Below, piece after piece: positions 27,813-38,463 of a stretch of 64,000 nt of DNA. Below the pieces are notes generated by a model that ran no database searches, had not been told where the DNA came from, and was given only the letters and a program-made list of their open reading frames with translations. Source of the DNA: Vicinamibacteria bacterium (GTDB taxonomy: Bacteria; Acidobacteriota; Vicinamibacteria; Marinacidobacterales; Marinacidobacteraceae); NCBI GenBank assembly GCA_963668695.2, contig CAXXLQ010000004.1:2720001-2784000 (forward strand), read 5' to 3'. Numbering within the stretch: the stretch's first letter is position 1; every line of letters starts with the position of its first letter. Both the position numbers and the translations under genes were made by a program.

Positions 27813-29420
27813 TTACATTCGCCGCCAGCGGGTACCCACGCCGCCCTCGCGCGGGGTCCAGCGGGGGCCGAAGACGTCGGCCGCGCGGCAGTCCACGCAG
27901 TTCGAGGGGTTGACCGTCAGCCCGTCGTCACGGGCCTCGTACACCCCCGCCGGACAGATCCGTTCCCAAAGCGCCGCGGTTTCGGGCGGCACCCGGTCCG
28001 GAACCACGAGATGCGAGGGGATGTCGTCCCGCGTGTTGTTTCCGGAACGAAAGACCCCGTCGAGCTTCGAAAAGGGCAGGGGAGCGGCGGGTTCGGCCGC
28101 CTCCCGGGGGGCCGCCACATCTTCCTCCACCTTGAGGGTGCCGCCGGGAAGGGCTCCCGCGGTCAGGGTGGCGAGTACGGAGACGAAAGCTCCGCGGTAG
28201 AACCCGCGCTGGAATGCCGGCCGCATGTTCCGGTTGCGGTTCAGGTCGGCGAGGATCTCGCTGTCCTGCAGCGAAGCGTCGTAGAGCGACAGCGGCACGC
28301 CGGCGCGCAGATGCGCGACTGCCGCATCGGCGGCCAGGATGCCCGACAGCATGGCGTAGTGGATGCCTTTCAGCGACGGGACGTCCACGAATCCGGCGGT
28401 GTCTCCGACGAGCAGGAGTCCATCGCCCGAGAGCCGCTCCGGGAGCGAGCCGATTCCGCCTTCCGGTATCAGCCGGGCTCCCCACTCGAGGCATTCGCCG
28501 CCCTCCAGATGACGCCCGATCCGGGGGTGCGCCTTGAGCAGTTGGAGCGCCCGATGCGCATCGAGCGCCTCCGTGGGCGCATCGAGCCCGACCACCATTC
28601 CCACCGCCGAGAGGTCTTCGCCCATCGGATAGAGGAAGCCACCCCCGAACGCGGACCGGGGCAGGGGGTAACCCATCGTATGGATCACCCGGTCCGGTGG
28701 GTTCTCCGACCGCCAGAGCTCCTTCACCCCCAGCGCGAAAATGGGTGGGTTGGGCGACGAAATGCCGAGCCGTTCGCGCCACGCCTGACCCAGCGGGCCG
28801 CGGGCTCCCTCGGCGAGGATGACGACCCGGGCCGCCACTTCGGTCGGAGGTTCGAAGCCTGACCCGGGAGACCCGTCCTTTCGCAATCCGGCGGGCACCG
28901 TTTCGAATCCGAGTACCCGGTTTTCCCGCATGAGCAGCGAGCCGATCGCGAAACCGGGAAACACCTCGACCCCGAGATCCTCCGCCTGCTCCCCCAGCCA
29001 CCGGGCGATCTCCGAGAGCGAGGCCGTGAAGAAGCCGTGGTTCCGCATGGTGGGGGGAGTCGGCACCCGGATCCCGCGTCTGACGGTCAGGAAATGAACG
29101 CTCTCGCGGTTCACCCGCGTCCGGAACGGGAACTCCTGGTCCTCCATCGCGGGGAAGAGCTGCCGGAACGCGACCGGATTGACCACCGCCCCCGAAAGGC
29201 AGTGCCCACCGAGTTCCGCCGCTTTTTCGAAGACCGAGATCGAGAACTCCTCGCCGGCCGCCCTCGCCGTCTGGGCCAAACGGATCGCGGCGGCCAGCCC
29301 GGCGGGTCCACCACCCACGATCGCCACGTCGAAGGGCAGGGCGTCGGGGCCCGGAACACGGTCGGCCAGCAGCCGGTCCACCGGAAGCGGTGGCCGGGTC
29401 TCGCGGAGGTTGATGCTCAT
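27813..29420 (-). CDS. Electron transfer flavoprotein-ubiquinone oxidoreductase
   Basis: GGGPAGL, LSGAV, LGVKELW, IPEGG, KGIHYAM, CPAGVYE..NCVDC. Confidence 0.92.
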   Translation of the reverse strand: MSINLRETRPPLPVDRLLADRVPGPDALPFDVAIVGGGPAGLAAAIRLAQTARAAGEEFSISVFEKAAELGGHCLSGAVVNPVAFRQLFPAMEDQEFPFRTRVNRESVHFLTVRRGIRVPTPPTMRNHGFFTASLSEIARWLGEQAEDLGVEVFPGFAIGSLLMRENRVLGFETVPAGLRKDGSPGSGFEPPTEVAARVVILAEGARGPLGQAWRERLGISSPNPPIFALGVKELWRSENPPDRVIHTMGYPLPRSAFGGGFLYPMGEDLSAVGMVVGLDAPTEALDAHRALQLLKAHPRIGRHLEGGECLEWGARLIPEGGIGSLPERLSGDGLLLVGDTAGFVDVPSLKGIHYAMLSGILAADAAVAHLRAGVPLSLYDASLQDSEILADLNRNRNMRPAFQRGFYRGAFVSVLATLTAGALPGGTLKVEEDVAAPREAAEPAAPLPFSKLDGVFRSGNNTRDDIPSHLVVPDRVPPETAALWERICPAGVYEARDDGLTVNPSNCVDCRAADVFGPRWTPREGGVGTRWRRM

Positions 29421-29522
29421 CCGCCGGTGCCGGGGTCCTCTCCTGGACGACGGCGATGATTCGGGCGAGATAGATGAAGTGATGCCTGATGCGCCGCATC
29501 ATTTCCTGCTACGCTGCCGTCC

Positions 29523-29762
29523 ATGAGGACGACCCTGAACCTTGCTCCCGAAGCCGCGGCCAAGGTGCGCCAGCTCGCCGAGCAGCGTTCCCAGACCCTG
29601 GGCGCCATCGCCTCGGAGCTGATCCTGCTGGCGCTCGAACCAAAGGAGGCGCCGCGCGTCAGGAACGGAGTGCCGATCTTCAACGAACGTGTTCCGGGTG
29701 CTGAGGCGCGTCCCGCCACCACGCTCGAATTGGTCAACCGACTCCGCGACGAGGAGCCGTGA
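29523..29762 (+). CDS. VapB-type antitoxin
   Basis: MRTTLNL.., RNGVP, LVNRLRDE; overlaps vapC. Confidence 0.85.
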   Translation: MRTTLNLAPEAAAKVRQLAEQRSQTLGAIASELILLALEPKEAPRVRNGVPIFNERVPGAEARPATTLELVNRLRDEEP

Positions 29763-30196
29763 GCCACCTGCTCGACGTCAACTTTCTGGTGGCCCTGTTC
29801 GACCGCTGGCACGTGAACCACGGCGCGGCGCACCGGTGGTTCGAGGAAGACTGCCGGTCCGATTGGGCGACATGTTCGATAACGGAACTCGGGTGTGTCC
29901 GGGTGCTGTCGAATCCCGCCCTGGCGCTCGCGTGGGCTACCCCACCCGAGGTATCGAAGCGCCTCGAGAGCCTGTGCGGATCGGGAGGCCATGTCTTCTG
30001 GCCTGACGACCTCCCGCCGCGGAGTTCGCTGGACGATGACCTTGGCGGGCGTCTCCGGGGACACAAGCAGGTGACCGACTTCCATCTGGCCGCTCTCGCG
30101 CTTCGCCATGGTGGGCGGCTGGTGACGTTCGATGGCCGGTTGGCGCGGTCGCTGGCTGGTAGCCGACTCGCTTCTGCGGTGATGCTGGTCCGGTAG
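29759..30196 (+). CDS. vapC: VapC PIN-domain ribonuclease toxin
   Basis: LLDVNFLVAL, TELG, QVTD.HL, LVTFD. Confidence 0.9.
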   Translation: MSHLLDVNFLVALFDRWHVNHGAAHRWFEEDCRSDWATCSITELGCVRVLSNPALALAWATPPEVSKRLESLCGSGGHVFWPDDLPPRSSLDDDLGGRLRGHKQVTDFHLAALALRHGGRLVTFDGRLARSLAGSRLASAVMLVR

Positions 30197-30231
30197 GGGC
30201 GGCCCGGTGCCGGCCCACCGCGTTGCCTGCC

Positions 30232-32301
30232 TCATCCGCCGAACCGTTCTGGGTCCCATTGCAGGCCGAGCTCCGAGGGCGGCGCGATGTAGCCGAGAAG
30301 CGCGGAAGCGGCAACCACCGCCGGGCTCGCCAGATAGCCCTCCCCGCCGCGGCCCATGCGGTTTTCCCAGTTCCGGTTGAAGGAGGTGATCGCCCGCATC
30401 CCCGGTTGGAGGGCGTCCTCGCCCTGTCCGAAGCAGGGGCCGCACCAGGAGGCGCGGATTTCGCCGCCCACGGAGCGGAGGACGGAAGCGATCGGCTCCC
30501 CCCCGAGTCGCGGTTCGCCCTGCTCGATCTGCTTGCGAACGCCTCCCGATCCCGGAAAGATGACGAACTTCTCCCGCGCCCGGTCGTGCCCCTGGTCGCG
30601 GGCGGCGCGGACGACCTGGGCGGCGGACAACAGATCTTCGTAACTGCCGTTCGTGCACGAGCCGATGTAGGCGCGGTCGAAGCCGAGGCGACTCTCCGCC
30701 ACCCGGGTCGCCGGGTGCGCATTCCCGGGCGCCGCCGGGAGCGCCACCAGCGGTTCGGCGGTTGCGAGGTCGAAGACTTCTTCCTCGGCGAACCGCGCGG
30801 AGGGGCCGCTCGCGAGGCGGGGGTAGGGAAGGTCCCGGATCCCGCGGCTTTCGTAGAAGCCGGAAGTCACCTCGTCGAAGGCGAAGATCCCGTTCCAGGC
30901 CTCCGCTTCGGCCATCATGTTGCAGATCGTGTTGCGCCACGCGATCGGCAGGGCGCCAGCCGGATCGACGAATTCCACGGAGGCGCCGGCGGCGGCCCCG
31001 TTCCACCTCGAGATGAGCGCCAGCACGATGTCCTTGCCCGAGGACCACGGAGGGAGTTCCCCGCTCAGCACCACCCGGCGGGCCGGTGCCGGAGTCAGAA
31101 AAACGCTGCCGGTGGCCCAGCCGAAGCCGAGTGCGGTCGATCCGATGCCGATGCCGAGCGCGCCGTAGGCGCCGTAGGCGCGGCTGTGGCTGTCGGCCCC
31201 CGGAATCACGGCGCCCGGCATGACGAGTCCCTGCTCGGGGAAGTAGAAGTGGAAGATCCCGTCGCCGGGAGTCGCGAACCAGGGAGGGCGAAGTTCCTCG
31301 GCAGCAGCGAATTTCCGGCTGATTGCGGTCTGCCGATCGTCGGCTTGGCGCCCCGTGAAGACGAAGTGGTCGTTCGCGATGGCGGCTTGGCGCGGATAGC
31401 TGGCGCCCCCGGTTATTTTCCGGAAGGTGTGGATCGCGAAAGGCGCGGTGCCGTCGGAAGCGGGCAGGAGGTCCGCCGCTACCAGGATGCTTTCTCCCAC
31501 CGAGACCGGAACCCGGGGATCCACCCGGTGGGCCCAGAGGATCTGCTCGGTCACGGTGAGCCGGCGCTGCTCTTCGGGGCCGGGCCATTCGATCCGCGGC
31601 TCGCTGGCCAGGGAGGCGAGGAACTCCCGGCGTCCGGCGGCGAAGATGCCACCCGTCGCCCGGAGTTCGGCTTCTTGCCGGTTGAGTGGCTTCGGCTCGT
31701 AGGTGCGGCCGAGCGATTCGTTGGTGAGTCGCCGGGTCGCCGGGTCGAAGCTGAAGCGGTGGCCATCCCGGGCGTCCTCGGCCGCGGCGGGACACTCGAG
31801 AACTTCGAGGCCGAGGTTCAGGGCATTCCGGCGGAAGATGTCGCCGATCCCGCGTCCGAGGACCAGCACCAGGGTGGTGCCCGCATCCCGTGCGATCCCG
31901 AGGAGTCCTGCCGGGCTCATCTCCCGCGAGGACCCGATACCGAACCGTTCGCCCGCGACCACGAAGTTCGCTCCGGCCCGTACCCGGGCGGCGAAATCAG
32001 GCATCAGGTGGAGAAACGCCCCGACTTTCCAGCGCTCGTCGAGCGCGTCCAGGCTCTCGGAAACGCAGTAGGCGGAGGGTGTGATCTGGTCGGTATCGAT
32101 GGCGTCCCGTTTTCGCCCGGGTTTCCCCGGATCCCAGAATATGAGGGTTTCTCCGGTGACCGGCGCCGCTGAGCCGGATGCGCGATGACCGCTCGGAGGG
32201 GAAGGGAGCGGGACGCCGGGCTTCCTCCGTCCGGGCTGGATGCGCACGGTTTTGAGTATAGAGAGGGGCACCCACGGAGGGGTCCCCTTGGGTCCCACCA
32301 C
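30232..32301 (-). CDS. Aconitase-family dehydratase: LeuD-like swivel domain fused N-terminal to a LeuC-like large subunit
   Basis: IDTDQI, FGIGSSRE, IFRRNA.N.G; then DH, GADSHS, GKD, NMMAE, IGSCTNG, CGPCFG, NRN..RMG; start uncertain. Confidence 0.85.
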   Translation of the reverse strand: MVGPKGTPPWVPLSILKTVRIQPGRRKPGVPLPSPPSGHRASGSAAPVTGETLIFWDPGKPGRKRDAIDTDQITPSAYCVSESLDALDERWKVGAFLHLMPDFAARVRAGANFVVAGERFGIGSSREMSPAGLLGIARDAGTTLVLVLGRGIGDIFRRNALNLGLEVLECPAAAEDARDGHRFSFDPATRRLTNESLGRTYEPKPLNRQEAELRATGGIFAAGRREFLASLASEPRIEWPGPEEQRRLTVTEQILWAHRVDPRVPVSVGESILVAADLLPASDGTAPFAIHTFRKITGGASYPRQAAIANDHFVFTGRQADDRQTAISRKFAAAEELRPPWFATPGDGIFHFYFPEQGLVMPGAVIPGADSHSRAYGAYGALGIGIGSTALGFGWATGSVFLTPAPARRVVLSGELPPWSSGKDIVLALISRWNGAAAGASVEFVDPAGALPIAWRNTICNMMAEAEAWNGIFAFDEVTSGFYESRGIRDLPYPRLASGPSARFAEEEVFDLATAEPLVALPAAPGNAHPATRVAESRLGFDRAYIGSCTNGSYEDLLSAAQVVRAARDQGHDRAREKFVIFPGSGGVRKQIEQGEPRLGGEPIASVLRSVGGEIRASWCGPCFGQGEDALQPGMRAITSFNRNWENRMGRGGEGYLASPAVVAASALLGYIAPPSELGLQWDPERFGG

Positions 32302-32361
32302 CGGCTGCTACACCGTCCCGATGATTCAAACGGGGCTGCGGTCACTAGAATTCGGACCGTC

Positions 32362-33534
32362 TTGGGGCGTTCCTCTTCGCTGTTGCTGGCCGGGTTGATG
32401 GCCCTGGCTGCAACGACCCCGGTCCTGGGGCAGTTGCCGGGGGCCCAAACCGAAAGCGCGGAAGCGACACCCATCTTTCTCTTGACGATGGGTCCCGACC
32501 AGTCCGTGGTCTTTCGCAAGTGGGGACACGCCGCGCTCTGCCTGGGCGATCAGTGCCTGAACTACGGAGTGACCGATTTCTCGCGGCCGGTGGGCCTGGT
32601 CCAGGAGGTTCTGCGAGGCGAAGCGATCTTCTGGGTTGCGGTCTCGGACTATGAAGACATGGTGAGGGTCTATTCGCGGGACGACCGGAGCGTCTTCCGA
32701 CAGGATCTCGAACTCTCTCCCGAGGGCCGGGCGGCGCTCATCGGACGCCTTTCCCGGGACCTGGTGCCCGGGCAGGGCGAATACGTCTACAACCACTTCG
32801 AGGACAACTGCACCAGCCGCATTCGCGACTACCTGGACGAGGCGTCCTCCGGGAAGCTGCGGCAGCCGATCCCGCTGCCCTCACCCTTCGGGACCCCTGG
32901 GAGGGAACCCACCTTCCGGAGCGACATTCGCCGCGGTCTCTACGAGGACCGGTTCCTGCTCTGGCTCTCGGATGTCGGAGTCGGTTCGGTGGCCGATCAG
33001 CCAATTTCCTCGTTCGACGCCATGTTCCTGCCAGGCGCGCTTCGATACGGGGTGGAGCAGGCCTTCGACGCGCCGCCCCGGAAACTCCACTCCGGCACCT
33101 ACGGTGATCTGTTGCCCCCGGATCCGGGAAGCCGTCCGTATTTGCCGGGGCTCTTCGCCATTGCGGCGCTCCTCGCGCTGCTCATCCTGCTGCCCGGACG
33201 CTCCGGACTCCGGAGGGCGGGGGTCGGAGCCGCGGCGGTTCTGATGGCCGCGGTGGGAGTGCTCGCGACGATCGTGCTGGCCGTGAGCCCGCTCCCCGAG
33301 TTCCGGACCAGTCTCCTCGCGCTGGCAGTGCCGCCCAGCGACCTGCTGCTCGCTACCAGACACGCGCGCTGGTACGGGCCGGCGCGGCTCGTCTGGGGCG
33401 CCGGTTTCCTGGTGGCGATCCTCGCCGGGGTTCTCCGCCAGCCCCTGGGATGGACCGTTCTCGCAACCCTGCTGCCGGTGGCCGCCATCGTCTGGCGCCA
33501 GCGGCGATCCGTGGAAGCCCCTTATGCCCGCTAG
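32362..33534 (+). CDS. DUF4105/Lnb-like membrane protein
   Basis: GHAAL, NYG, RSVFRQDL, Y.YNHFEDNCTSRIRD, MFLP plus C-terminal TM helices; start uncertain. Confidence 0.75.
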   Translation: MGRSSSLLLAGLMALAATTPVLGQLPGAQTESAEATPIFLLTMGPDQSVVFRKWGHAALCLGDQCLNYGVTDFSRPVGLVQEVLRGEAIFWVAVSDYEDMVRVYSRDDRSVFRQDLELSPEGRAALIGRLSRDLVPGQGEYVYNHFEDNCTSRIRDYLDEASSGKLRQPIPLPSPFGTPGREPTFRSDIRRGLYEDRFLLWLSDVGVGSVADQPISSFDAMFLPGALRYGVEQAFDAPPRKLHSGTYGDLLPPDPGSRPYLPGLFAIAALLALLILLPGRSGLRRAGVGAAAVLMAAVGVLATIVLAVSPLPEFRTSLLALAVPPSDLLLATRHARWYGPARLVWGAGFLVAILAGVLRQPLGWTVLATLLPVAAIVWRQRRSVEAPYAR

Positions 33535-34873
33535 CCCGCCGTCCTCGATCGAGGCGGTGCTCCGTCGCCGCGGGATGCCCGCGGCTTTTTGTCGCGGTTT
33601 CCTGCGCTCCGTGGCGATTGCCTCCCGGGGGCCTTGTCACCTTCCGGAAGAGTCCATCGTTCCCGTTGCGGACGTTCCCGTATTGCCGGCGCTCGGCGAG
33701 GCAGCTCCCGCGGAAGAGCGGGCTCGCACCGTCTCCATCACCCTCAACGGCGGACTCGGGACCACCATGGGAATGCGGGCTCCGAAGGCGCTCCTCTATG
33801 CCACCAAGGGCATGACCTTCCTGGACATCACGCTGAGACAGGCCGAGGCGGTGGGGGTGCGCCCGGTCCTCATGAACAGTTTTGCGACCGATGCCGCGGT
33901 TCGCGAGAACCTGGGGGGCAAGGACGTTCGCAGCTTCTTGCAGCACGAGGCGCCCAAACTTCGCCAGAGCGACTTCGCTCCGGTCCGCGTTCCCGGGAAA
34001 CCGGATCTCGAGTGGTGTCCTCCGGGGCACGGGGATCTCTATACGGCCCTCGGGACCAGCGGAGTCCTGGGGGATCTGCTCGCGGATGGGTTCCGCTACG
34101 CCTTCCTCTCGAATGTGGACAACGTCGGGGGTTGCCCCGACCCGTCGCTCCTTGCCTATTTCATCCGGTCGGGCGCACCCTTCCTCATGGAAGTCGTCCG
34201 GCGCACGGCCGAGGATTGGAAGGGAGGCCACCTGGCCCGCCGGCGAACCGACGGACGGCTGGTCCTGCGGGAAACGGCGCAGTGCGCGCCCGAGGACCAG
34301 GCCGCCTTCCGCGACCACGAGTGTTATCGCTACTTCAACGCCAACAACCTGTGGTTGCGCCTGGAGGCGCTTCGCGACGCGCTGGATCGGGAAGAGGGAT
34401 TCCTCCCGCTCCCCACGATCGTGAACCCGAAGACCGCTGATCCGCGAGATCCGGGTTCCGATCCGGTATTCCACCTCGAACAGGCTGCCGGGGCGGCGCT
34501 GGAGGTCTTCGAGGGGGCACGGGCGGTCGAGGTTCCCAGGCGGCGGTTCGCGCCGGTAAAGACGATCGAGAACCTGCTGGTCCTGCGCTCGGACATCTAT
34601 GCGATCGACGAGAACGGCCTGGTGGAACCGGCGCGCGAGCCGCCACCGGTGGTGGCGCTCGACGGTGAGCGGTACCGCTTCATCAGCGATCTCGAAGCGC
34701 GCTTTCCCTACGGGCCGCCTTCGCTCGTTGCCTGCGACCGGTTTCAGGTCCGGGGTGACGTGCGGTTCGGGAAACAGGTCGCGTGCGAGGGAGAAGTCAC
34801 CGTGCTGGGCCGTTCGGACCGGCCTTCAACCATCCCGGACGGGGCCCGCCTCCGGGGCGTGGTGCGGGTCTAG
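33524..34873 (+). CDS. UTP--glucose-1-phosphate uridylyltransferase (eukaryote-like UDPGP family)
   Basis: LNGGLGTTMG..PK, LMNSF, WCPPGHGD, SNVDN, KGGHL, LRETAQ, FNANNLW, RFAPVK. Confidence 0.92.
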   Translation: MPASPPSSIEAVLRRRGMPAAFCRGFLRSVAIASRGPCHLPEESIVPVADVPVLPALGEAAPAEERARTVSITLNGGLGTTMGMRAPKALLYATKGMTFLDITLRQAEAVGVRPVLMNSFATDAAVRENLGGKDVRSFLQHEAPKLRQSDFAPVRVPGKPDLEWCPPGHGDLYTALGTSGVLGDLLADGFRYAFLSNVDNVGGCPDPSLLAYFIRSGAPFLMEVVRRTAEDWKGGHLARRRTDGRLVLRETAQCAPEDQAAFRDHECYRYFNANNLWLRLEALRDALDREEGFLPLPTIVNPKTADPRDPGSDPVFHLEQAAGAALEVFEGARAVEVPRRRFAPVKTIENLLVLRSDIYAIDENGLVEPAREPPPVVALDGERYRFISDLEARFPYGPPSLVACDRFQVRGDVRFGKQVACEGEVTVLGRSDRPSTIPDGARLRGVVRV

Positions 34874-35056
34874 CAGCCTGTGGCAAAACCCACACGGCGT
34901 TCGACCGGCGATCCATCCCGGCTGAACCGCGTCGCTTCGCGCCGCTCATCGTTGCGTTTCGGTCGAAATACACCCGGTATTCCTCCCTCACGCGCCTTGT
35001 CAGCCGCGCGCCTCGCCGGTCTCGGCGCTCACGTGGGTTTCACCACAGGCTGCTAG
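34870..35056 (+). mobile_element. MITE family A, basic 183-bp unit, CTAG duplicated
   Basis: CTAG-CAGCCTGTGG...CCACAGGCTG-CTAG; left flank is the UGPase stop codon. Confidence 0.88.
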
Positions 35057-35207
35057 GAGTCGTGGTGCCGACCGCCGGCCAGTCCTCCCGGTGGCGCCCG
35101 GCACAGCGGCCCGTAGCGCCGCCGAGATGCGTACGGTTGCGCTCCTTCACGGGATGACCGCCTTCCTCCCAGACAGCCCCGGCTAGAATCCGCCCTTCCC
35201 CACTCCC

Positions 35208-35930
35208 ATGCGCGGCGAAGAACGACACAAGCTGGAAACCGACGCCCTGATCCTGCGGGTCGAGCGGGCCATGGACTGGGCGCAGGCGAACCGCCGCAGT
35301 CTGGTGACCATCGTGGCGGCCACCATCGGGCTGGGGCTGCTGGTGGGCGGTTTCCTGGTGAACCGCGGGAATCGGAAGGACGCAGCAAGGACGCGGCTCG
35401 GTTTCCTGACGGCCGAGATTCAGCGAGCGACGGGCGGGGAAGAGGGCCAGCGAGGTCCCTGCGAGGTCTCGCTCTCCGAACTGGAACGGCTTGCGGAGAG
35501 TGAAGGCAATTCCTTCGAAGGCCGGACGGCGCGTTACTACGCCGGGATCTGCCAGCGCGCGCTTGGCGAGTACGAAGAGGCCGCAGCCAGCTTCGAGCAG
35601 GCTCGGGGGCGCAACGATCTGCTGGGCGATCTGGCCACCCTCAGTCTTGCCAGCGTTCAACGGACGTCCGGCCAGGGCGAAGAGGCTGCTTTGGCATACC
35701 GGAGCCTGCTCGATGGGGGTGGCGAACTGCCCCTCGATCCGGTGCTGTTCGAGCTTGCAGTCCTCGAGGAGGAGCAGGGACGGCCGGAGGCCGCGGTTGA
35801 ACTCTACGAACGGATTGTCGACGAGTTTCCCGCCTCTGCCTTTCGGGACCTGGCGGAGGCCCGGAGGGAGCGGCTTCCCCGGAAGGAGCGGCTTCCCGGG
35901 GGGGAACGATCTCCTGACCCGTCCCGCTGA
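35208..35930 (+). CDS. Membrane-anchored tetratricopeptide repeat protein (YfgM-like)
   Basis: ERHKLETD N-terminus, single TM helix, TPR-like helices. Confidence 0.75.
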   Translation: MRGEERHKLETDALILRVERAMDWAQANRRSLVTIVAATIGLGLLVGGFLVNRGNRKDAARTRLGFLTAEIQRATGGEEGQRGPCEVSLSELERLAESEGNSFEGRTARYYAGICQRALGEYEEAAASFEQARGRNDLLGDLATLSLASVQRTSGQGEEAALAYRSLLDGGGELPLDPVLFELAVLEEEQGRPEAAVELYERIVDEFPASAFRDLAEARRERLPRKERLPGGERSPDPSR

Positions 35931-35992
35931 CGCCCCTCCCCGTTCCGCGACAAGAACCGGCCACCGAGCCGGAACGGTTCCTGCCGGCAGCG

Positions 35993-37731
35993 ATGTCTGA
36001 GGCGTTCCCGGGCCGCGTGCCCGCTCCCCCTCCTCCTCCGGGGGCCCAGCGCCGGGCGGGATCCGGATGCCTGCTCAGCGCCATGCTGGTGCTTGCCGTC
36101 TTCGCGGGCCTCGGTTTTTTGGGACTGGCCATCGTGTTCGTCATGGGTGGCGGCCCGCCGGTGCCCGAGGGGAGCGTGCTGGTCGTGGGCACCGAGGGTG
36201 ACTATCCGGAGACGCTCCCCTATGCGCCCTTTTTCTTCGCTGACGCGGGACCGAGCTTCAGCGAGCTGATCCGCGGGGTATCGCGGGCGGCGGGGGATCC
36301 CCGCATCCACGCTCTCCACCTTCGGGTCGGAGATACCCGGCTCGGATGGGCGCGGGCGCGTGAACTGCGTGATGCAGCGCTCCGCTTTCGCGAAGCAGGC
36401 AAACGAGTCACCGCCTCGCTGGAGTACGCGGGTCTCATGGACTACTACCTGGCGAGCGCCGCCGACCGGGTCCACATGCATCCGCGAGGGCAACTCGGGC
36501 TCTACGGCGTCTCGATGGAGGTGACGTTCTTCGCCGGACTCCTCGAGAAGCTGGGAATCGAGGCCCAGTTCGAAGCGATCGGTCCGTACAAGACGGCTCC
36601 CGAGGTCTTCACCGGCTCCACGATGAGCGCCGAGTATCGCGAGCAACTCGAATCCCTGGGAGAAGAGGTCCGATCCGCACTGGCCGAAGCGGTGGCCGCA
36701 TCCCGCGGAATGACTGCGCCGGAAGCGGACGGGCTGCTGTCTGACGGCCCCTACACCGCGACCCGGGCGCAGGACCAGGGACTCGTGGATGTCCTGAGCT
36801 TCCACGACGAGATCAGGGAGGATGTCGGGGGCGCGGCCCTGCTGGACGTTGCCGACTACCTGGCCTCGTCGGGGTTGGAATCGACGGACGGCGAGGCGCT
36901 GATCGCGGTAGTCCACGTGGATGGGGCGATCCTGCCGGGCAAAAGCCGCGAGGACCTGACGGCGGGCAGGGTTGCCGGGGCCGAGACGGTGGCGGAAGCG
37001 CTCGCCTGGGCCGAGGAGGAGGCGTCCGTCGACGCCGTGGTGCTGCGGGTTTCGAGTCCGGGCGGCGCCGATTCCGCCTCGGACACGATCTGGAGGGCGG
37101 CGGAGCGGGTGCGGGCCGTGAAGCCCCTGGTCGCCTCTTTCGGCGACACCGCTGCCTCAGGCGGCTACTGGGTCTCCACGGCGGCGCGCCGGGTGGTGGC
37201 GGAACCCCTCACCGTTACCGGATCGATCGGCGTCTTCGTGGGAAAGTTCAGCATCGAGGAACTGCTCGACAAGGTCGGGCTGGCGGTCGAGGTTGTCTCG
37301 CTCGGCGGCAAGCCGAATTGGCTCAGCTCCGCCCGCCCGCTCGATGAGCAGGAACTCGCGCGGCTCAGGGAGGGCGCGGCGGAAATCTACGGCGTCTTCC
37401 TCGAGCGGGTGGCGGCAGCGCGCGGGATGTCCACCGCAGAAGTGGACGCTATCGGCCAGGGGCGCGTCTTCACCGGCCGGCAGGCGCTCGCCGCGGGCCT
37501 CGTGGACGAGTTGGGCGGCCTGGAGGATGCGATCCGGATCGCGGCATGGAGGCCGGTTTCCCGGAAGGCGCCGCCACCCGCACCGTCTCGCTCCCGGAAC
37601 CGCCGACGCTTGCGGAGGCGATCGAAGCCGAGTTCCGATCCGGGGGACTGCGCGAACGTTTCCCGCTTCTCGATGCGGCGCTCCGCGGCACCCGCTTGGC
37701 GATTCTTCCCTTCGTCCCCGAATTTCGCTGA
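35993..37731 (+). CDS. sppA: Signal peptide peptidase SppA (long form), frameshift near 37545
   Basis: YYLASAAD, YKTAPE, LRVSSPGG, AASGGYW, TGSIGV, QGRVFTG..GLVDELGG; C-terminus continues in ORF 37546-37731. Confidence 0.88.
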
Positions 37732-37882
37732 TCGCCAGCGGGAACCGGGGACGAGCGTTGTCGCGACGAGCCCGCTATTCTCTTGTTGGCGCAGCCCATA
37801 CCGTTGCGCCGAGTGTGAGAGAGGCAGCCCGATTCACAACCAGCCCCGCAGAGGCAGAGAGCCTGTAGGGAGAGCGGCCCAA

Positions 37883-38463
37883 ATGTCGGTAAGGATCGTC
37901 AAGCCCGGGACCTTCAAGTGGCCTTGGGACACTCCGGTCGGCTTGCTAGTCATCACCGGAGCCTCCGGTGGAGGAGGAGGGGGAGGCGGCGCTTTCTGTA
38001 TGGAGGGTCTGCACCTGTACACAGCCGGCGGAGGTGCCGGGGGCACTGGAGGCGACGCAACGACGGTACGGTTCAGGGGCGAGACTCACACCGCCGCCGG
38101 AGGTAACGGGGGTGATGGCGGCGGGGGGGGGAGGGCTCGTGAATGGGAAGTCTGCTAACGGACGTGATGGCCGTGGCTGTCACTACGGCGGCGGCGGCGA
38201 CGGTGGCCGCGGTGCCGTAGCCCCCCCCCGGTCCCGGACGCACGGTCTCAAACGGCGGGAACGGCGGCAAAGGCTTTGTCGGGGAGAGCCTCATCGTGGA
38301 ACTGACCGACCTGACGGTTGGCGATCGGTTCGAGATGGATGTTGGGGTCGGTGGAGGCGGGGGAGCGGGTGGCAAGGGGTTCGGAGACGGCGACGACGCG
38401 GGACAGGGCGCGGGAGGATCGCTCCTATTCGTGCCGATCCTTGCAGAGAGCGGCGGCGAGTGA
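37883..38463 (+). CDS. Glycine-rich protein (about 192 aa) split by two frameshifts at G9 (38123-31) and C9 (38221-29)
   Basis: PGTFKWP..VITGASGGGGGGG..AAGGNGG / NGRDG..GGGGDGG / GGNGGKG..VGVGGGGGAGG..GAGGSL; removing one base from each tract gives one ORF ending at TGA 38461. Confidence 0.65.

Noticed and set aside
35993-38158. SppA-glycine-rich protein fusion in the ORF track
   Set aside because: It is produced by the frameshift near 37545; SppA has its own C-terminus ending at 37731 and the Gly-rich gene its own ATG at 37883.
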